From Octopus vulgaris (taxonomy: Eukaryota), in the NCBI GenBank assembly GCA_951406725.2, contig OX597818.1:60574001-60638000 (forward strand): a stretch of 64,000 bases of DNA, given 5' to 3'. The notes beneath the pieces were generated by a model. The model was not told the DNA's origin. It saw nothing but the letters and a program-made list of their open reading frames with translations, and made no database searches. A program made the translations under genes and the position numbers. Each line of letters begins with the position of its first letter. Position 1 is the first letter of the stretch. Of this stretch, positions 56,102 to 64,000 are shown one piece after another.

Positions 56102-56949
56102 GCACACATGTAGATGTTTTAGTCACTTGTGGTGATCGATCTGTACTCGAAACGTTTTGAGTCAATCCAGCCTTGATATATTAGTATCTATTAAAGCTGT
56201 TGTTGTCCCCAGGGAAGTCAGACCAGTGCTTTCCCTGTTAAACTGTTATGAAACAACAGTGGGATGTCCTTTATATGGCGAAGCCAGATACAAAGTTGTA
56301 TAACAGAAAAGCATTTCCGAATGCAGAATGTTCCCCTTGTTCAAGCTACTGGTCTTATCCCAGAGAAGAGCATTGCCCAATATACCATGTCAACAGTTAT
56401 CGCATAGGCTGTCACAATGAGTGCCTTGGAACCCCAGCTGAATATTTGCATTTGGGTTACACGCGAGAAGGTATGGCCATGAGACATCAATGGCTTGAAA
56501 TCAATTTTGCTGTTCTTAGATCAGCTACCTTCTCAGGCCGACAATTCTAACCACCCTAAGGTTGTTTTTACAACGCTTGTCCGGATTTCTCCCCTTTCTT
56601 CTACCAATAAACGAGTTACGAGAAACTTAGGCTCTAAGGCGCACGAGAAAACCAGGAACTGAATTTTGCTGCTAGTGGCTCTTTTGAGACTTCTCTTTTG
56701 AAGAGCATACTTCATATATACAGACATACACACACACATGTATGTATAAATCATACATATATACATATATGTGTGTATATAGGCTCACACGCTCAACCAC
56801 ATACACACATTCAATCATACATACATAGAGACATATATATATATATATATATGCGTGTGTGTGTATACATGTATGTATATATATATTTAAGTATATATAT
56901 ATGTGCATACGTATGTATATATATGTATGTATATATATGTATATATATG

Positions 56950-56986
<37 letters not shown>

Positions 56987-57039
56987 GTATATATATGTAT
57001 ATATATATGTATATATATGTAAATATATATATGTATATG

Positions 57040-57074
<35 letters not shown>

Positions 57075-57161
57075 TATGCCACAGTACGCCCATATAAATG
57101 GAACACAGTAAATGAATAAAACTAAGAAAAGAACCATGAGAAAGAGAAAGAAAGAAAGAAA

Positions 57162-57201
<40 letters not shown>

Positions 57202-57425
57202 AGGAAGGAAAGACGTTCAGTAGTAAATTCCGATATTATATTGTAATCTATGACTAGCGCAAGTAGAAGTAAATGTGATTGTTTGAAAAACTGACGGCAC
57301 AAAGCAATTTAATGATTTTAGTGAATATACATCATGTAGACACATACGCACACAAATACACACACTCACACACACACACATACCCACACGCACACACACT
57401 CACATACACACACTTCTATATCTAT

Positions 57426-58041
<616 letters not shown>

Positions 58042-58480
58042 AAAAAAAAAAACATCTCCTGTATACATAGATATAATTTTCCCTTTAGACATTAATCGAC
58101 AAAAGTCGAATCAATGAAGAGTTTGTATGTGTATGTGGTTGTAAGACCCGCTAGAAATGCCAACCAAATCTCTTTCAACTTACTCTTATCTTAGAATAGG
58201 GAAAAATGCATTGGAAATTGTATTCGTCGATACATTTGCCTGAAATGGTCACATCTGCGACATCTGTTTCCATAGATCTGCTTGATAAGTGTTGACCTTG
58301 GGTTAAACAACAGCATCGTGAAACAGTGTAGACGGTGAGGGAAGTGCGACATTTTCCTAATGGCACACTACGCCGCCAACCTCTTACTATTTACCGCAGG
58401 ATGTTGGAATGGTAGTATGGCCCCCAGCTTTTAGAGGTATATGATGTAAACGAAAGTTGTGATGTCTATCCGTTTAATTG

Positions 58481-58862
58481 GGAAGCACTCCGTCGGTTAC
58501 GACGATGAGGGTTCCGGTTGATCCGAATCAACGGAACAGCCTGCTCGTGAAATTAACGTGTAAGTGACTGAGCACACCACAGACACGTGCACCCTTAACG
58601 TAGTTCTCGGGGATATTCAGCGTGCCACAGAGAGTGACAAGGCCGGCCCCTTGAAATACAGGTACAACAGAAACAGGAAGTAAGAGTGAGAGAAAGTTGT
58701 GGTGAAAGAGTACAGCAGGGATCACCACCATCCCCTGCTGGAGCCTCGTAGAGCTTTTAGGTGTTTTCGCTCAATAAACACTCACAACGCCCGGTCTGGG
58801 AATCGAAACCGCGATCCTATGACCGCGAGTCCGCTGCTCTAACCACTGGGTCGTTGCGCCTC
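58481..58862 (-). mobile_element. SINE family B
   Basis: Full length. Confidence 0.9.
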
Positions 58863-58904
58863 TATCTATTAATTAACTAAGATATAATGAAAGTGCTCCT
58901 ATGT

Positions 58905-59358
58905 CAGTGGTTCCCAACCGAAGTCCCCACGGCTGCATGTAACCCTCAAGCACCCTTCAAGTGGCCCCGACGGTCTTGTCTCTATAAATATAATAAATGT
59001 TAGGGCGGTGAGCTGGCAGAATCGTTAGCACGCCGGGCGAAATGCGTAGCCGTACGTCGCCTGCCGTTACGTTCTGAGTTCAAATTCCGCCAAAGTCGAC
59101 TTTGCCTTCCATCCTTTCATAAATTAAGTACCAGTTAAGCACTGGGGTCGATGTAATCGACTTAATCCGTTTGTCTGTCTGTGTTTGTCCCCTCTGTGTT
59201 TAGCCCCTTGTGGGTAGTAAAGAAATATATAATAAATGTTTCTTTGACTTGTGTTTCCCTTATTTTTTTTTATTTTTATGATATTTTTTTTTGTGCGGCC
59301 CCTTAAAAATACCATGTTTTGAACCTGGCTCAGAATTTGAAATGGTTGAAAACCCCTG
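58905..59358. mobile_element. hAT-type MITE carrying a nested SINE A
   Basis: TIRs cagtggttcccaacc / ggttgaaaacccctg. Confidence 0.6.
59003..59226 (+). mobile_element. SINE family A
   Basis: TSD atataataaatgtt on both sides. Confidence 0.85.
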
Positions 59359-60060
59359 AACTATATAGTCACTTGATTTGTTAGAAATAGCAGGCGAATA
59401 CACTCTACCACACTGTCTGCAAAAGAGCACGTTTAAAAAATATGAGTCAGAGCTCCTCGTACACAGGAAATAGATGGAAAGATCACAGCTGGAACGCCTT
59501 TGATCATAGACATGTTCGATCAGGCCTAGCCTTGCGCTTAACAACATCATGAACATCAACAACAACAACAATCTCAACAACAGCAAGTTACTTCGTGAGT
59601 TCCATCGGAATGTTCAGTTAGAGCTGAACTGGTGCTATACCACGAGAACCATACTATCTTATCCTGAGGGGTTATTGGAGCAAAGGTTTTATCATAAGTA
59701 TTGAGCTGAACATCCTAAATGTATTTGTACTTAAAAGAACATCTATACTGTATGCAGTGAACCTTTTCTACTTACATCTTTCTATCTTTCTACGTTTGCT
59801 AAAGCTATATTACCCTCCCCACCTCTCTCTCTCCTCTTCCCCCTTCTCTCTCTTTCTATCCCCTCTCTCTCTCTCTCTCTCTCTCTATCCCCTCTCTCTA
59901 TTTCGGTTCCCATTCCCTTTTCCTGCTTTCATTTCTCGTAGATATTTCTACCAATCTACTTTCACTTTCACTCTGTTTTCTCCCACTTAATTGTTTCTAT
60001 CTCTCCATTTTCTCCTGTTTCCCCTTTACTCTTACTGTTACTCTCTTTCGCTACCTTTCT

Positions 60061-60096
<36 letters not shown>

Positions 60097-60305
60097 CCTT
60101 TCACGTTCCAGCTTTTTCTATCTATCTTCCTCTATTACCTTACCTCGTCCTCATTTCTCATGGCTATTGTCTCCCTTCACTTATTACTAGTTCTCTTTCT
60201 CTTTCTCTCTCATTCTCACAACCTTCCTCTTTCTATCTTCCCCACTCGCTCACAACTTTCTTCTCTTTTTCTACCTCCCTCTCTTTCACTATCTATCTAT
60301 CTATA

Positions 60306-60367
<62 letters not shown>

Positions 60368-60722
60368 GCTATCTATCTATCTATCTATATATATATATAT
60401 ATATATATATTTCTATCTATCTATATGTCTATCTATCTATCTATAATACATCTCTCTCTCTCTCTCTCTCTCTCTATCAGTCTTTTTTAGTTTAAAGTAC
60501 TTTACTACAGATACCCTTTCCCCATAACCGCAGTATACAGAAATGAGTGGCTTTTCCTGCAAACACACACACATGCAGACATAAATACATCTGTATTTGC
60601 ATTCAAACATACATATGTACATATATGTATGCATATATACATATACACACACATACATCGATAGTTATATTCGTACGTATACACCTACATAGGCACATGC
60701 AAATGCACATGCGATCATACAG

Positions 60723-60785
<63 letters not shown>

Positions 60786-61049
60786 CATACACATATACGT
60801 TCCACTGTATCTGTTTGATGTCGCCTAAATTCCAATACAAATAGTGCATTGATTCGCTAGATATCACTTATAAACGTACGCTGTTTCGGAGAAAACATTT
60901 AAAGAATCTATAATTTCTCACTTGGGTATAAAACTTCAGATGTATGAATGTTGATATATATAATCAGCCTCACACTATACCCTCTAGTTATATATGCATC
61001 TTTATCTGTATACGTACATGCATATCTTTATATATATATATATATATAT

Positions 61050-61410
61050 TCTTTTATTCTTTGTCATTCTTGACTGCGGCCATATTGGAGCACCGTCTTT
61101 AGTCGAACAAATCGACTACTCACCTCCAGGATTTATTCTTTGTAAGCCTAGTTCACATCGTCTCGGTCTCCTTTTGCCGACTGAACCCGGAACCATGTTT
61201 TATATATATGTGTGTGTATGAGTGTGTGCGCGCGCGTGTGTGTGTGTTTATGTGTCTGTGTGTGTGTGTTTTATCTCGTACTGGTTTCAGTAATTAGACT
61301 GCCGTCATGCTGGAACACCGACTTTAATTTTTAGTCGAATGAATTGACCCTAGTACTTATTCTATCGGTCTCTTTTGCCAAACCGCTAAGTTACAAACAT
61401 AGACACAAAG

Positions 61411-61455
<45 letters not shown>

Positions 61456-61650
61456 CGTATATACATGTATATATATGCATATATATATACTATGGGCTTC
61501 TCGCAGTTTCCGTCTACCAAATCCACTCACAAGGGTTTGGTCGGCCAGAGGCTATAGTAGAAGACACTTTCCCAAGATGCGACGCAGTGGGACTGCACCC
61601 GGAACCATGTCGTTAGGAAGCAAGCTTCTTACCACACAGCCACAGCTGCG

Positions 61651-61652
<2 letters not shown>
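61050..61652 (-). mobile_element. Two partial/diverged SINE C copies
   Basis: Segments 61050-61200 and 61270-61652. Confidence 0.75.
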
Positions 61653-61705
<53 letters not shown>

Positions 61706-61710
61706 CATGT

Positions 61711-62202
61711 TTTATTCTTTTACTTGCTTCAGTCATTTGATTGCGGCCATGTTGGGGCACCACCGCAGAATGAGCTACACTAATATGTGAATCCACCTCT
61801 GATACGTGGCACTTGATCAACAAGGGAGTTCGATGCTGCTGCCCGCATCTGCGTCTCCTGTCGTGAGGTAGGTTCATCTGGGACTCCCAACAAGAAGAGA
61901 TCCAGTTTAGTTTTAAAGAAACCCACATCCACACCATGTAAGTCTCTCAGGCATTTAGGGAGGATGTTAAAGAGCTGTGGTCCTCTGAAACACAAGCTGT
62001 TGCAGTATCGGGACCTATATTTTGATAGTGATGTTGGAATCTTTGGCACCATGCAGTGGCGCCCCGTTCTGCGGTTGTGGTAACTTTGAATGGCAAAGTT
62101 TGGGACAAGACCCTCCAGGATTTTCCAGATGTATATCACCGCATATCTCTCCCGCCTCTGCTCTTGGGAGAAGAGGTTTAATACTTTCAGTCTTTCCCAG
62201 TA
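61711..62202 (-). mobile_element. CR1-type LINE 3' end (ORF2 C-terminus + short 3' UTR)
   Basis: YWERLKVLNLFSQEQRRERYAVIYIWKILEGLVPN...FRGPQLFNILPKCLR...FKTKLDLFL matches the CR1/L2-group Y.ERL..L.L.SL..RR.R...YKI pattern. The UTR equals the SINE C tail. Confidence 0.85.
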
Positions 62203-62716
62203 TATATATATATATATCTTTCTTCTCTTTCTTTCTCTCTCTAACACCCTCAGCTTCTCATTCCTATATTCAAGTTACCTTGACTTTCTCTGTCTTCATC
62301 TCTTTATTATCACTCTCCTTTTTTTTTTCTTTTTTCCTTTTTTCTTTCTTTGCTTTATTCCTCGCTTCATGTTCTTTCTTTTTTCCTTTTTCCTATTTTC
62401 TTCTTTTTTTTCTCTTTTCTTTATTCCTCACTTCCTGTTTTTCGATTTGACCTTACAAATACATTCCCTACTTTTAGGTCAATTCAAATAAAATTCCCGA
62501 TTCAATACTTTATACTCTATACTTAGAATGGCCAATTTTAAATACTATTGGATTTTATTCGCAAGGTATTGGAATCTTATGTGTATACCATTCCGCCTAA
62601 AAATTGGATCTTCAAATGCAATATCCCTGCATATCTCACATCTATTTTCATTCTTCCACTTCACTCTATTTCGTATCTTATCTAAATTAACTATTGCTTA
62701 ACCATCTTCTCGCACC

Positions 62717-62764
62717 GTCTCCGATGAAGGGATATATAACATATCCCAGAAACAGCTGTAAGAC
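62717..62764 (+). ncRNA. Minimal type I hammerhead ribozyme motif
   Basis: GUCU CCGAUGA A GGGAUAU-AUAAC-AUAUCCC A GAAAC AGCU GUA AGAC; perfect stem I, palindromic stem III. Confidence 0.7.
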
Positions 62765-62823
62765 CTATTTATAAATGTTCTAAAATCTTCACAGCCTTGG
62801 TTTTTTATCTCATTCTAAAAAAA

Positions 62824-62880
<57 letters not shown>

Positions 62881-63320
62881 GATATCTATATATATATATT
62901 TATACTTTATTTTAAGCAGCAGAAAAAAGATATATTACTCTACCACTGGTATTTGAGTACTCTTTTTTCCACCTTGTTTCACATTTATGTGTTTACTCCG
63001 GTATATATATTTATATACATATATATTGGAAGGTTTGGAGATGATGTACAGGTATTTTATATTAGAAGAAATGAGGTACTCAGAAAATCGGATGGTTTAT
63101 ATTTACAGATATTTATTTGTATATTACATTTTTTATACATCGTATAACTTAGATCATGTATTAGCACTTTCTCCCATTCTAGTGGGGGTTTTCAAATCAA
63201 ACTAAGTTCCTGTGTGAAAAGTTTTGACAATTTTATAGTGGTATTGAGTTTGTAGTAGTGGGGAGGAATACAAGACAGTACAAGAGGGTGATTGATGAGG
63301 AGAAAGTGAGAGAGAGAGAG

Positions 63321-63397
<77 letters not shown>

Positions 63398-63703
63398 GTG
63401 TGTTTTTGTATTTGGAATGAGTGCTAAAGAAAAAGAGGGGAAGAGGGAGGGAAGAAGAAGAAAAGAATTGTTTTTGCTCTGCTGGACAGCATGCTTACTC
63501 CAAGGGCGTCTAGGATCTTGGGGAAAAAGAATTTCAGTTTTGACCATTTCATAGTGTTATTGAGTGTGTGTTGGCGGGGAGGTAGGCCATAAATTATATT
63601 TCTTTTTATCATTGTGAGAGAGTGTGTGTGTGTTTAATGGGGGATGGTCAAATGGTTTTTTGGGTTAGAGAAGAAGAATTCTTTTTATGATTGTTTTGTG
63701 GAT

Positions 63704-63735
<32 letters not shown>

Positions 63736-64000
63736 CTGTGTTTGTGTGTGTGTGCGTGTGTGTGTGGGTGTCAGTGAGTTTGGTGAAGGGAAGAAAGGAG
63801 AAGAGGGGAAAAAAGGGAGAAAGGAAAAATAATTGTGTTGATATTTATACCACTATATATATATACATACATATATATAAAACATCAGAAAAAACCACCT
63901 TTCATCAATTCAAAATGAATAATTGAATTACACCATCTAGAAAATTACCTATAGAAAAGTTAAAATTAAAATGACAATTAAAAAGTAAAGATTAAGTAAA

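Noticed and set aside
56248-56550. 100-aa non-repetitive ORF
   Set aside because: No recognisable motif or splice context; may be chance or decayed TE sequence.

Overview
AT-rich, repeat-dominated eukaryotic DNA. The SINE families and the (TA)n/(CA)n/(GATA)n/(TAA)n load fit a coleoid cephalopod, most likely Octopus; this is inference. No intact host gene is supported, and most ORF-track entries are microsatellite or SINE read-through. The window holds several tRNA-headed SINE families (working names A-E) built from interchangeable modules. It also holds non-autonomous Helitrons, mariner and hAT remnants, and decayed RTE, CR1-type and R4/Dong-type LINE pieces. Penelope-like (PLE) material includes two GIY-YIG remnants, fold-back termini and about ten dispersed minimal hammerhead-ribozyme motifs sitting in (TA)n tracts. 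Most notable are the hammerhead set, (TAA)n arrays carrying Dong 3' ends plus an unidentified ~500-bp non-coding passenger, a CR1-type LINE sharing its 3' tail with SINE C, a 2x2 head/tail shuffle among SINEs, a ~90-bp target-site duplication, and a TGA at a conserved Cys of a PLE endonuclease. All alignments were made by eye and boundaries are approximate.
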